A stretch of 64,000 nt of DNA from Eledone cirrhosa (GCA_964016885.1 OZ024740.1:94488001-94552000); one strand, 5' to 3'; shown: positions 12,065 to 26,002, counted from the stretch's first letter. Notes: generated by a model not told the origin, from the letters alone. Numbers and translations: made by a program.

Positions 12065-13170
12065 TTTGCAAACATGAGAAAGAAGACATAATATTTTCAT
12101 ACTCACGAAGGTAATTCATATTAACTTTTATTATATTATATTTAATAATTTATATTATATTGAAAATAATTCACATTATATAATTTATAAAATCATTACA
12201 GTTATAATTTAAAAATTTCAGATTAACAATTAGAATGCCTTAAAACACCTAAAGGCCTTATAATTAAACTTAAAAAAGTGTATTGTTAAGTTAGATATAT
12301 GCATTTGTCTAAATATAAACAAAGATTATATTGTCTAAAGATTAAGATGATACCTATCACTTACATATAACATAATACAATAAATAAGTTACTGATAATA
12401 ATGTTAAAAATTAAGGTTTTAGATGAATTATTATAATAGGATCATGTAATACATATATACTATAAATATACAAGTCAAACTTCATGAAACATAACGATAA
12501 GAACCAGATTCAAAGTAAAAAATTGTGTTATTTGCGATCTTAAAAGTGCCCAATATCCAAGCTATATAGTTTAAAAATACAAGAACATTTTTTGTTTCAT
12601 ATAGTAGTATAATGTGTCTGCAAACATGAGAAAGAGAAAGCCTAAGAATTTCATTGACCCGAAGGTAACTCGAATTTCAATTAAATAAAATAAAATAATA
12701 ATCGTTATATAATTTAGAAAATTTAGAAAATATTTAGAAAATATTTAACGATTATGACACTAGAAAGTCATTAAAGTATCTAAAGTACTTATAAATGTAA
12801 CTAGAAACATGTTATAATACTAGATATGCAGATTTGTTCAAATATATATAGAGAGAGGGAGTATTCCAAATATTAGTGATCGATATACATATAATTAAAA
12901 ATAATAAGTTCAGTCATTGTTAGTAATGTTATAATTAAAGTTGTACATCAAGTTAAGTGGAAAAAAGGTTTGTCGACTAGTATCGTGTGTGACGTGTATA
13001 CCATAAATATATATAAATAAACATATATAAATCAAACTTACTGAAACGTAAAATATATTCCAAATGAATAAATATACAAAAACATAAATGTATGAAAGAT
13101 TTACGGTTCATTGTAACTGTTAAGGATCTAAGCCATATATAAAAAAAAAAATACAAGAATCCCTATCTAA
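12065..13170. repeat. Diverged direct duplication (~550-bp units)
   Basis: gcaaacatgagaaag...gaaggtaa occurs at ~12069 and ~12620; caaactt..tgaaac and atacaagaa also recur. Confidence 0.6.
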
Positions 13171-13866
13171 AATAAATATATCTAAACGATCAAATGATAT
13201 GCACATTCATCAAGAGATCATATTAGCAAATAATATGTTTATATACCTGTACAGGACCCTTTAATCTAACATTAATCATAGCATAAATGAATTTAAAAAA
13301 AAAAAATTATTAAAGTTTTATAATCTGTTAGGATTTAGGTACACATTTGATAAGAGACGTCAACAATTAGAACCTGTTTATTTAGTGTTTTTTCCTGATT
13401 TTTGCGAGGCTTGGAATGTAGATAAGGCTTTATAAAGGTAGTTAGAGAATAATTCACTTTTTAGGTTAATTAAATATTCTTAATTAGTAATTATTAATAG
13501 GGTCTCCATGGTAGAGAGGTTGCAGTTAGATGATAAATCTACACACATGAAAAAAACTACAAATCAAATAGCCAGAGATACATTGCTGTAAGTGAATATT
13601 AACGCTCCCAGCTCTCATGTTCCTGTTGAAACACAATGTCAGCCGTTGAGCTTGCCGATGACTGGAAGTATAATATGGTTTGTTTTTAAATTGATAATGC
13701 TTTAATCGATTAACATACAACAGCTCATTATATCTGCACAATATCGGTAAAAAAGTCCCGCAATATATGAATATTTATTATTGAAACAACAAACATAAAT
13801 ATTGCCTTAAAATAACACCATTAATATCTCTGCTTTCTCCTTTACTCTCTCTCAATCTGCATATCA

Positions 13867-13897
<31 letters not shown>

Positions 13898-13919
13898 GAT
13901 AGATATATATATATATATC

Positions 13920-14034
<115 letters not shown>

Positions 14035-14035
14035 T

Positions 14036-14115
<80 letters not shown>

Positions 14116-14166
14116 AAGTATGTGTGTATACGTACATACATATATGTATACAGACGTACAGTAGCA

Positions 14167-14215
<49 letters not shown>

Positions 14216-14244
14216 GTACACATGCATATATGCACGTATCAACT

Positions 14245-14306
<62 letters not shown>

Positions 14307-14937
14307 AAATAAATGTGTGTCTCTCAGGAGAGAAAACATATATATAACGAGAGTGAAGACAGAGAGAGAGAATAAGAGAGGAATCTATTTTTCAATTATT
14401 GGGCGTGACATTGTATCCATGTGTGTATATGTACATGTCAGACGAGATGACTACAATATCGTTCATGGAAAAGTGTTTTGGGAAATGATATAGATAATTC
14501 ATGTCACTTCCATATATTAGAAAATAACCTATTATCTTTTTATTTATTTAAAGTCTTCTTTGTTTTGTAAATATTATAGATGCGAAAGAACATAATATTT
14601 ACAAACTCAATATAGAAGTCAATAATAAATCCGTCAAATATATTTTATGTCGCCAGGTTTAGCGAAAGTATTAAAGAAAAGGCAATAAATTCTTGAGATT
14701 ATATCCCACCTTAAAACTAATAAACACTTTTACGATCCTCAGAGTATGGAAACATGTACATATAATTAAACAAATAATTGCGTAAATAGTTGCATAGAAA
14801 TGATTATTTTTGTCTACATGATGTTTCATGTAAATTAGATGCATACGCATGTGTTCATTCATTCACGTATCTATCATCTTTCTACGTGCATCTGTCTCAT
14901 CTCATTTTTTCTCATGTTATTGTTTCTCTCCCGCCAT

Positions 14938-14972
<35 letters not shown>

Positions 14973-15042
14973 TTGTATCAGCCCCCCCCCCCCTCTCTCT
15001 CGCTCACTCTCTATCACTCAATCTCTCTCTATATATATATAA

Positions 15043-15226
15043 AATTGTTTCTACTGTTGGCACAAGGTTAGAAATTAACCAGTACATTTCTGGTATTTTA
15101 TTTTATCGACCCCGTAAAGATGAAAGGCAAAGTTAACCTCGGCGGGATTTGAACTCAGAATGGCAAGGGTCGTAACTGCATGGGTCAAAGCATGGCGTCC
15201 GAACCTCTAGCGATACTGCCAATCCA
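15043..15226 (-). mobile_element. Meta-domain tRNA-SINE
   Basis: Reverse complement of the 4843-5025 family. Confidence 0.88.
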
Positions 15227-15248
15227 ATATATATATATACATATATAC

Positions 15249-15282
<34 letters not shown>

Positions 15283-15321
15283 TTATATAGATGTATATAT
15301 ATATATGTATATATACTTGTA

Positions 15322-15357
<36 letters not shown>

Positions 15358-15417
15358 GATGTATATATATATATATATGTATATATACTTGTATGTATAT
15401 ATATATATATATATATT

Positions 15418-15504
<87 letters not shown>

Positions 15505-15510
<6 letters not shown>

Positions 15511-16205
15511 TAAAATAACAGATTAAAGGTTAAGCAAAGAATCGCTGCTTTCGGGATCTTAACGGGATCTTCTGAAACTAACAAAGTCAATCTGTAAACG
15601 CAGAACTGGATATTTCAAAAAACGTTGCAACCGGAGGAAGACAGGAAGACGATACTTTGGTTCGTGGAAACGTTCGCTGGCAAAGAACGGGAAAAAACGA
15701 ATAAAACGTCATTAATAGGAGCGGTGAAAAACAATTACGCGCAAAGACAGAACCACGTTTATGGTATAAAAGAGGTCGTAGACTGATGTTCCCTTAGGTG
15801 GTGCATAGAGACGTTCTCTGGCAATGAACGAAAAAACGAAGATAATAAGTCATATGTGGAATGTGGAGAACAATAGCACGCAAAGACAAAACCAGGTAAA
15901 TGGTATAGCAGAAGTTGTAGACTCAAATTCGAACTAGACCAAATTAATAACCGCTTCAGGTTTAAGAACAAAGTAAATAAATACAATACAGAAGTAATAG
16001 AAACAAATAAATACATACACGCAAACAGATACGTACATACACAAGCATACGCAAAACCTTACCATAGGTATACAAAACCACGCACATATAAATATGTGTG
16101 TGTGTGTATGCTTGTGTACAAGTAAATAAATAATTATATAAACGTATATAAGTAAACAAATACGTATATAACCAGCGCACACACATACCTACAAATAAAT
16201 ACACG
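15505..16205 (-). mobile_element. PLE 3' region/pseudo-LTR fragment
   Basis: Colinear with 35275-36120, which is attached to GIY-YIG remnants. Confidence 0.8.
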
Positions 16206-16239
16206 ATTGTTGGATTTTAGTCTTCAATTTTATTATTAT

Positions 16240-16334
<95 letters not shown>

Positions 16335-17754
16335 TATATCTAAGGCGGGTAAAGTTACCGAGAACCATGGACGAGTTCTCTCCAGCGGTCTCTGTCCCTC
16401 ATTATCGCTGCCATGTCCTGCATCTCCAACAGACCAGTGTCTGTCCTTAGGGCATCAACATACGTTAGCGTTGGTCTTCCTCTTCTAGTGTGTCCATGTA
16501 GGGGCTGCCAGAGGAGTACTGAGTGCAATATCAACTCTGGATGTCGGTGAGCATGTCCAGCTAAACTCAGTCTCCTCTGTGTCACTTTTGAGCTGATTTT
16601 GGGATGCTCCCTTACAGCTCTGAGTTTCTCATCCTCAGTGTATACTGATCAATGTTCAGAGCCATTCTCAGCATTCTCGTGTAGCGCCCATCCACCATCT
16701 GAGTGAGTTTCTTGGTCAGTGTCCAAATCTCAGACACATACAGCAGCACAGACTCCACTACAGCAATGAAGAGGCGGATTTTCAGGTCTCTACGAAGGTC
16801 CGACTTCCACACCGATCTCAAGCTGCGGCACGCCGCCCAGGCCCTGCTCTTCCTCTCAACCACATCATCTTCCGTATTCCCAATCTTTGCTCCCAAATAC
16901 AGGAAGTCCTCAACCAATTCCAGCGGCTTCCCGCCTTCATTAGTGATCCCCTCTGGCTTCTCAACATTCTCTACCAGATATTTTGTTTTAGCCTCATTCA
17001 TTCTCAGCCCCACACTCATCGACACAGTCTCAACATCCCGCATCAAATCCTCTGCCTCCTTTACTGTATTTGTCACCAAAATTATGTCGTCCGCAAATTC
17101 AGCATCCGATACCTTTTTCGCCCTAACTCTACTGCTCTGAGCCGGTGCTACAGTAAAGCCAGAGTCCTGGTGTTTCTCCAGTGCAAGGCGCATACAATAG
17201 TCTACCTCGATGATAAAAAGGTAGGGAGCCAATGTATCTCCCTGGAGCACTCCAGCCAGTATCTCAAAGAACTCTGTCATCCCACCAGGTGTAATGACTT
17301 GGGCTTTGGTGTTGCTGTAGAGCAGTGATATCAGGTCCACTATCCTCTTGGGGATTCCATAAGCCTGTAAGATCTTCATCAGGCAGTAACGGTCCACAGA
17401 ATCAAAGGCCTTCCTAAAGTCAATGAAAACCATGACCGCAGGAAGGCACTTTGCTCTAGCTACCTCTAATATCCTCCTCAGCATCAGGATGTGACTGGTG
17501 GTTGATCTATCCTCTCTGAAGCCGTTATGGTTGTCCCTGAGCTTCTTCTCCATCTTAGGCTGGATCCTGTTAAGAATCATCCTGCTGAGGGTATTTGCCA
17601 CAAGTGACGTCAGTGAGATCCCCCGGTAGTTGTTGGTGTTAGAGAGATCTCCCTTCTTTGAAACTGGGACGATGTTATTGATACTCCACTGATTCGGGGC
17701 AACTCCTTTCACCAGTGCCCCGTTTCAGAACCCCAGGATGATATCAAAATGATA

Positions 17755-17755
<1 letters not shown>
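16335..17755 (-). mobile_element. 5'-truncated RTE-clade LINE (RT and 3' end), flanked by (TA)n
   Basis: ORF 16612..17712: NYRGISLTS, FIDFRKAFDSVDR, GVLQGDTLAPYLF, FADD, FLYLG. The next frame gives RRLSLAGHAHRH...RRGRP...DRDRWR, typical of RTE. Confidence 0.93.
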
Positions 17756-17831
<76 letters not shown>

Positions 17832-17841
17832 GTATATGTGT

Positions 17842-18082
<241 letters not shown>

Positions 18083-18220
18083 GTTAATTCATATTATATA
18101 TAAATATATTGTGATTCTCTTATTTTCTGTGACATATATGGAAATAATATATGCGAAGACTAAAATCCAAAGTGGATTCGATAAGGATAAATATATGTCA
18201 AATATATAAGAAACCTAGTG

Positions 18221-18305
<85 letters not shown>

Positions 18306-18339
18306 ATATATGTGTATATATATATAAATATATTTATAC

Positions 18340-18401
<62 letters not shown>

Positions 18402-18404
<3 letters not shown>

Positions 18405-18513
18405 AAAAAGTATGACCCCCAACATCAGAGCACAAGCCGTTTCGACAGCTATTTCTGGACAGAAGTAGCCGTCGAAACAGCTTATGTTCTGTCTTCGGGG
18501 TCATACTTTTTCC
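18402..18513. repeat. ~110-bp imperfect palindrome at the start of a short TA-flanked element (18402-18595)
   Basis: ggaaaaagtatgacccc...ggggtcatactttttcc; the core is related to 25190-25250. Confidence 0.75.
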
Positions 18514-18592
18514 GCTTTCCCTCACTACTACCCTAAGTATTGAGTACTCTGGTGCGTTATGGTCCATTTGGTTCTTTACAACAATACCTTTG

Positions 18593-18640
<48 letters not shown>

Positions 18641-18997
18641 CAACGTAAGATATGAAGTAATTTTAAAAAAAATGCCCTGAAACATTGGAGAAAACTGAAA
18701 AGGAATAATGTAGGTCACCATTATAAAAAAAGGAATTACGAAAAAAAAAATGTATAGTTGCTGTCAATAAGTAGCGTGTCACGAAGATTTTAATTAATAG
18801 TTATTGCTTTCTGTAAATAACGTATATTTGATTGCTTTTCATTCCACTCCGTAGATTCATATCAAAATAAATTATATTAGCATGAACGCCATTATACATT
18901 AATGAAGCGTCATAGCATCTGTTGTTGAAGTAAAAGAAGTAATTTTCTAATGAACGGTTTTGTATTCGCTGATGAATTCTTATAAGACACACACAGA

Positions 18998-19040
<43 letters not shown>

Positions 19041-19139
19041 ATATGTGTGTGTATATATACATATATGCATATATAAGTTTGATACATTTGATAGGTTTCG
19101 GACAGTATTGGCTAAGATCATGCTTAACTTCATAGCACC

Positions 19140-20550
19140 ACCTAGCGAAGTATTTCTAATCAGGATTTGTACACCATACCCTACTCAAGAAGGGGGTTAT
19201 AGTTTGAGGAGAAATATCCGGGATTTCTTGAACTTAATATGGTCTGTTTCTGTTTTGCTGTGTTTTGTCGCAATGTTAAAGCGTGCAGGGCCAATTGTGG
19301 TGAAATAACTGTGCCGAATTGTTGTTATGATGCGCAACATTGTTGTTCGACGTGGGCGGAAAGCAGGGGACCCAAGCCTTGAGTGCAGTTTAAAGGTAAT
19401 GCCAACCTCATTTGGGCAATGCTGAAGGAATATTTTCCACATCATGCAGATAACATAATGCTCACGACGACGTTGGAGAGAATAATGTTTGCGTTTGTGT
19501 AGTCGACCCCAATATACAAGGCCTAGCATGCCACATATTTTTTCGTGATTGACCTTTGAGGAGCTTCAATGTTCACGATACTTTGTTTCGTGTGGGAAGA
19601 CCACAGTTGACAACAGTATTCAACGTGGGGATGGACAAAAGTGGAGAAGAGAATTATAATACTGTGGATATCTCTTGACTGCGGCGTTCTGAGTATCCAG
19701 GAACACATTCTGCAAGCTATGTCATGATTGCTGTTTATATGAGTGGTCCAGCTTTTGTCATTTTTCATAATTACTCCCACGTCTCTGATGTTGTTGGATG
19801 CCACAAGATTCTCAGCTGAATGAAGGGAGTAAGGGAGTTCCAGGTATTCCTGTTTTCCAATGGCTATTAACTTAAATGTATCCTCGTTCAGCAGCATATT
19901 GTTCTTTTCCGTCCATTGGATAATATCCAGTAGATCTGATTGGAGGCATATCCTGTCACCCACGCCTTGTATGACCTTATAGAGCTCGGAAATATCTGCA
20001 AAGATTTTTATGCTGTTGTTCTTGGGGATATCAGTAATGTCATTAGTATAGATAATGAAAATATGTGGGCCCAACAGAGTGCCTTGTATGTCACCACAAA
20101 TGATTTTGACTGGGCTGGATTTTACTCTTTCGACTACAACATATCGGGCTCTGTTTGACAGGAAACACTTGATCCACTGCAGCAACATTCCAGTAACACC
20201 AATGTTGTATAGTTTTCTCAGTAGAATGTTGGGATCAGCTCCGTCAAAAGCCTTGCTGAAATGAATGTAGATGACAGCAGTGTTGGGCCCTCTCTCCAAA
20301 CTCTCAAAATGCCATCAAAGTAATGCAGTAGCTGCGTTAGGCATTCCCTTTTATTACAGAATCAATGTTGGTTGGAGTTCATCAGATTGTTGCTTTCAAG
20401 AACGTGAGTTATTCGTGATCCCACCCCCTCTCAAATACCTTAATGATATCAGAGGTGAGTGTGATATCGGATGGTAATTCACAGCAAGGGATTTGTTTCC
20501 CTTTTTAAAATACTGGGATAACAGATTGGGATAATAAGTTTTCTGGTATA
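19140..20550 (-). mobile_element. Degenerate CR1/L2-group LINE RT fragment
   Basis: FKKGNKSLAVNYHPIS; VIYIHFSKAFD, LLQWIKCFLSNR, QGTLLGP..FIIYTND, KIFAD, FVHPHVEYCCQLWS. Confidence 0.88.
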
Positions 20551-20645
20551 TATCTAGTATCATGTGTGCTTGTATTTCTGTGTGTATACGTGTGGGGCGT
20601 GCGTTTGTCTGCATGTCCTTGTATGTGTGATTATGTGACTGTTTC

Positions 20646-20685
<40 letters not shown>

Positions 20686-21299
20686 GGGGGGACGGGGGGT
20701 GAGTACACGTGTGTGTGTGTGTGCGTTAAGAAGGGCACTACGAAGCCGAAATTTAAGATAAATATATATTTGCATATATAGAGAATACATAGAAGAAACT
20801 GTGCCAATGTTTATAGAAATATAAACATTTTTACTATTTAGACAGGCAAACATGCAAGAAAACACGAATTTCCCGTAAAATGAATAAATGATAAACAAAT
20901 TAATCGATGTTTGGACATAGTACAATCATTTTCAGAAGTTGTATATAAACAGTCCCCAGGTTCCACTTGCAACGTGGAATTATATAACCCTTCGCTCATA
21001 GCTGTAATCAGAAAGGGACGAACTAATGTTTTCATATACTTAGAGCTCATGCCGGTTGTTAATTAAGATACATTTTACGAAGTGCGCTAAGCAGTCGAAG
21101 TGTACGATGAAGTTAACCAGTATATATGCATAACTTAACCGTAAATCCAACGAGGTCGAAGAATCGATCAGGCTTTTGTTCGATTTACGGTTATGCCCGT
21201 AACCACTGACCTGTTAACCTGTCCACATATGAAACATGTCCATATCTATATACTCATAGATGCAATGTCGTTTACCCACTGTGTATATATACATATATA

Positions 21300-22170
21300 A
21301 CATCACATTTCTTCAGATTTTCCTTGGTATTTGTTCTTCATAGCCTTTCGAACCTGCCACAGAAAGTTGAAATCGTATTCACCCTGGATGGTGTGGCTAT
21401 TTTGAATATATTCAATAAACTCAAGGCCTTTTGCATCCCAAGAAACTGAGGCCTTCAACATTCCTGCAGATGAAACAATATTGAAACTCATTGGAATCGG
21501 TGAGGAGGGGTTGTTTCCCTGTATAGATTATCTTTTGGTATTTTACTCATAGTGATCAATCCAATAATTATCCTATGTCAGGAAATATTAAATGAAACCA
21601 GTTGCAACTGGCTCAAACAATGTCTGGTTTTACTACGATGTGATCAGCTGGTGCGCTTATGATCAGGCATCAGAAGACTTGGTACCCACCTAGCAGAAAC
21701 TTCTGTAATTGTTCAGAATATTACCATAGCATTCTGTATATAATTTGAAGTCAATCGCCTGCCATGCATCACTGTCTGGTGAACACGATCTATGTTTTAT
21801 ACACTGGTCTCAGTTGCTGGACGTCAAATATTTGGGTCAGCTTCGATTCTCTCACTTCCCTTATTAAACTGGCGTAAGATTACTCTGCTGATAGAGCTGG
21901 TGCGTTATTGCCTAATTTAGTAACTATGTCTGCATGAGAGCCAAGCCCTTTCTCTGCAAGTAGGTCCTAACACGATGCAAATATTTGTCCATTATCAAGA
22001 GAAGTCGCTACTAGCTATAATTTAAGTATTTTTGAAAGGTCAGTTGGTAGTTAACCAGCAACAGAAGAGTTTATTTCATAACAGGAAGAGCGGAAATAAA
22101 TGGATGCCACATTTCACAGCTTTAGCATCACTCATTCTTTCTCAACCGATATGAAATATCAGCCCGGTAG
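21300..22170 (-). mobile_element. Mariner DNA transposon relic
   Basis: The minus strand gives VSARWVPSLL (WVP motif, ~21675-21700) and SAGMLKASVSWDAKGLEFIEYIQNSHTIQGEY...RKAMKNK. Confidence 0.8.
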
Positions 22171-22426
22171 GGCGTTTTGCTTAAGAAGGAAAAGCGATCG
22201 ATCGTTCAAGCTCTTAATCTTAGGATTGTAAACCCGACGCTCTTACCAGCAAGCAGCGCGTCTCCACTTGAGTATATATATATATATATATATACATATA
22301 TGAAGACAAACATAGAATATTCGAAAATATTCTGTATGTTTATAATAAACATTTTGAAGACCTAATCGCTATAGAATAGAATACGTCACGTATTACAATT
22401 TGAGATTCTCGATAAAAGCAAGGGAA

Positions 22427-22469
22427 GTAACCTACGCGTTTCATTCTTATTTGAAATCATCAGGATTAC
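22427..22469 (-). ncRNA. Type-I hammerhead ribozyme (canonical core)
   Basis: Minus strand: gtaatc-CTGATGA-tttc.aaataa.gaat-GAAA-cgcg-TA-ggttac. Stem I is extended by a 16-bp helix (22405-22420 with 22478-22493). Confidence 0.88.
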
Positions 22470-22727
22470 ATATCCAATGCTTTTATCGAGAATGACACAG
22501 CTAGAGACTTATAGAATACTTAGCTGTGTACAGGAACTGGTTTGAAAGAGCGGTTGCCGGTCCGGCAGAAATTAGAATTTGGATTTAATGCTCTGAAATA
22601 GCGATATATATGTGAAGACAAACATAGAATATTCGAAAATATTCTGTATGTTTATAATAAACATTTTGAAGACCTAATCGCTATAGAATAGAATACGTCA
22701 CATATTACAATTTGAGATTCTCGATAA

Positions 22728-22766
22728 AATCCTGATGATTTCAAATAAGAATGAAACGCGTAGGTT
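22728..22766 (+). ncRNA. Hammerhead, inverted copy
   Basis: aatc-CTGATGA-tttcaaataagaat-GAAA-cgcg-TA-ggtt. Confidence 0.82.
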
Positions 22767-23106
22767 ACTTCCCTTGCTTTTATCGAGAATCTCAAATTGT
22801 AATACGTGACGTATTCTATTCTATAGCGATTAGGCCTTCAAAATGTTTATTATAAACATACAGAATATTTTCGAATATTCTATGTTTGTCTTCACATATA
22901 TATCGCTATTTCAGAGCATTAAATCCAAATATATATATATATATATATATACTTACGTATATATAATATTGAGGCTACTATTTATAGTTATGTATGTACT
23001 ATACTATATACAACTATAAACAGGTAAGGTCAGTAATTTATTACTACCTTATTGCCAGTATGATAAATAGGTCAATGTAAGAACATCATTTGTTATACAT
23101 AGCAGT

Positions 23107-23487
23107 AATATAGAATACACAAGAATAAAAGCTATGTTAGCACATTTAATTGCTGACAATTGTTTCTTCCAAGCCTAGGCTTGGTGTCTTCGGAGAATTA
23201 TTAATAATTTACTAGACACTGTTGTATTATCTGTCACATGTGCTCCACCAAAAGCTTTTAATTTTAAAATGAATCTTGTTGTACAATTAAAGTATAACAT
23301 AATATATGTCGCATCCATGCAACACTGTTGTCCACAATATGTATCTGTATGATTTTCAGCGGAATAGGAGGCATATTATATGTACAAATATTATAAATAA
23401 TGTCCGAAGACACCAAGCCTAGGCTTGGAAAAACAATTGTCAGCAATTAATTGTTCTAATATAGCTTTGATTCTTGTGTATTCTATA

Positions 23488-23489
<2 letters not shown>
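23107..23489. mobile_element. Fold-back element with degenerate HHRs in both arms (23147-23200 minus; 23398-23449 plus)
   Basis: About 105-bp inverted arms containing CCGAAGA-caccaagcctaggcttggaa-GAAA-caattg-TC-agcaatta. Confidence 0.72.
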
Positions 23490-23547
<58 letters not shown>

Positions 23548-23641
23548 ATCTCCAAAGAAATACAGTTTTTGGAAGCCGTAGCTATGGAAACACGGGAGGG
23601 CTAAAGCTCCCTGGTGATGTCAAGCAGAAGCATTGGAGTCA

Positions 23642-23685
23642 ACCATCTATGCATTTCAGGCTTAACTGGCCTTCGTCAGGACGGT
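23642..23685 (-). ncRNA. Type-I hammerhead ribozyme (canonical)
   Basis: Minus strand: accgtc-CTGACGA-aggc.cagttaa.gcct-GAAA-tgca-TA-gatggt. Confidence 0.9.
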
Positions 23686-23994
23686 CCCTCGTATCGTTTG
23701 CGACTGCTGGACTAGAAGACAGCTAAGAATATATACTTTTCTTGTCTGTGTAAATGAGGTGATTAATCTCATTTGCATATGGAGTTGCATAAGTTGGAAA
23801 AAGGAAAAAGAAATAGGATTTCTCTTCAAGCAAATCTTTCTACATATTTATAAATATTTTGTATCTCCAAAGAAATACACTTTCAGGAAGCCGTAGCTAT
23901 GCAAAAAACGGGGTGTGTGTGTGTGTGTGTGGAGGGGGGGGGGGGGGGGGGGGCTAACGTCTTCTGGTGATGTCCAGCAGAAGCAAGGGGGAAA

Positions 23995-24038
23995 ACCGTC
24001 TATGCATTTCAGGCTGAACTGCCCTTTGTCAGAACGGT
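23995..24038 (-). ncRNA. Degenerate hammerhead (G8A)
   Basis: Minus strand: accgtt-CTGACAA-agggcagttcagcct-GAAA-tgca-TA-gacggt. Confidence 0.65.
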
Positions 24039-24724
24039 CCCTCCCACCGCTTGAGACTGAGGGACTAGAAAACAACTGATAATATATTCTTTTCTCTTCT
24101 GTGTAAATGATGTGAAAAAGCTATGCTTGAAGCGTTTTGGCTATATGTCAACATGCATTTATCTGGGATTGATTACTTACACATAGACCCACTTGAACAT
24201 ATTTACTATTTTATATTGTATGATACATCATACGCTATACTATACTATATATAATGTACCATAATGCACCATATTATACTACATTATACTTTATTATTAT
24301 ATTATTATATTTTATTATCTTATTATACTTTCCATCACTTAATATACTATCCTTCCTAGTTATGACAATTACTTTACCTAACTATATTTATCCTAGTTAT
24401 TTCCGTATATTTTATATTTCTTTATTTATATTTACCTAACGCCTCCATAAAACACAACTCAACATATATTTTTTGAATCCCTTTTTAAACTTCACTCCAC
24501 CATCTACATTCCACTATCAATACAACAATTCCTTTTCTTCATAGGTTCTTCATAGTAATTCTATTTTTAACATCCTTCAACGATTCCTTTCAAAAGATCA
24601 TGACCTTCATTAAAGTGAGTTATATTTCATCTTAACATCATATGGCAAAACACCATTTGATTGGTTTGTTCTTCAGCGACCTCAATAAGGTCATATAACT
24701 CAATTTACTATTGATTTTGAATAA

Positions 24725-25050
24725 AATGTTTATTGCTTTTGCCAACGGCTCACGATATACACGTAGGTAAATATATTCCTTATTTTATATTTTGTAACTA
24801 CCCTTACATAGGTCGATAACGAAATATGCGTAGGATGTATTATTATCATCTAGAAACGATCGTAAAGCTGTGACGTATATTTCTAATAACTTGAATTTTC
24901 ATTTCATTGTTTTAGCTTATATCATGACTATGTTTTCCTTTTAATGTTTTATTGTTTTTCGGGATTTATCTTAACCTACAACATTTTCAACATATGGATT
25001 AGATTGAGTTATTCATGCAGACTAGACCCCACAACTTACCGTGGATACCT
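24725..25050 (+). mobile_element. Diverged pseudo-LTR related to 5025-5345
   Basis: Shares ctagaaacgatcgtaaa, gtaggt..tatattcc and ggatta.attga..t.ttcat; the 5' HHR core has decayed. Confidence 0.55.
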
Positions 25051-25139
25051 CTGTGTATAATATATATATATATATAAACAGACCGACATATATAGGCACA
25101 AACACAAACTTGTACAAGCATATGTATATAAACCCAAAC

Positions 25140-25193
<54 letters not shown>

Positions 25194-25261
25194 AGAACAA
25201 GTAGGACCCCGACGGCTGAGCTCAAGCCGTTTCGACGGCTAATTCTGGATATATATATATA

Positions 25262-25840
25262 TATCGTTTCTGAATTTGTTTAGTAATATTCTTTATGTGA
25301 AAACGTGTGTTGAAACCGATATTGTTATACTTTGGGATGGCCATGTTGCTAATAAGAAAAAATACGCACCAGTTGCTTTCACTTCAATTTATTATAATAA
25401 ATTTATAAATTTAGGAATTTATAAATTTCCGGTTGGTTGGTTGGTTCCACAACCAGATGGTTGTTTATATATTGTCAAAGTTCTTTTGTCACAGACTCTG
25501 TAACTTCTTCAGTGACTGGGGATTCTTTTCTTTGTTTTTGTGCCTCTCCTTTCTTCTGTCCTACGCCATCTTGTTTCTGTGTGAAACAAGATCGCGTAGG
25601 ACAGAACAAAGGAGAGGCACAAATAAAAAGATGCAAATCCCCAGTTCTGAAGGGGTCACACAATGTGTGACGAAATATCTTTGACAATATATAAACAACC
25701 ATAACAACCATCTGGTTGTGTAACCAACCAACCAACCGGAAATTTATAAATTCCTAAATTTATAAATTTATTATAATAGATTGAAGTGAAAGCAACTGGT
25801 GCGCGTGTTTCTTATTGGCCACATGACCCTCCCAAAGTAT

Positions 25841-25846
<6 letters not shown>
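25262..25846. mobile_element. ORF-less fold-back derivative of the PLE at 26603-27992
   Basis: 25321-25530 and ~25635-25846 are inverted arms homologous to 27715-27930, with decayed HHRs in both arms. Confidence 0.82.
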
Positions 25847-25887
<41 letters not shown>

Positions 25888-26002
25888 AATATATATATAT
25901 ATATATATATAACTGGTGCGGGATGCTTAAAGCGTGAGTATGCGAGTATGCGATAGGCCGTTTGAACACTCGATGCTGTTACAGAGCAATGTATAAGATC
26001 AC

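Larger units (their letters stand above)
22295..22930. mobile_element. ORF-less retrozyme-like element: ~310-bp tandem units plus an inverted copy
   Basis: Direct repeat at 22301 and 22611, inverted copy at 22728-22930, (TA)n flanks and two HHRs. Confidence 0.8.
23544..24115 (-). mobile_element. Tandem dimer of a ~315-350-bp HHR-containing unit (retrozyme-like)
   Basis: ttgtatctccaaagaaataca occurs at ~23545 and ~23860; each unit carries an HHR; the 3' end is at (TA)n. Confidence 0.8.

Noticed and set aside
13300-13800. Possible decayed PLE GIY-YIG on the minus strand
   Set aside because: Only scattered residues match; no continuous motif is recognisable.
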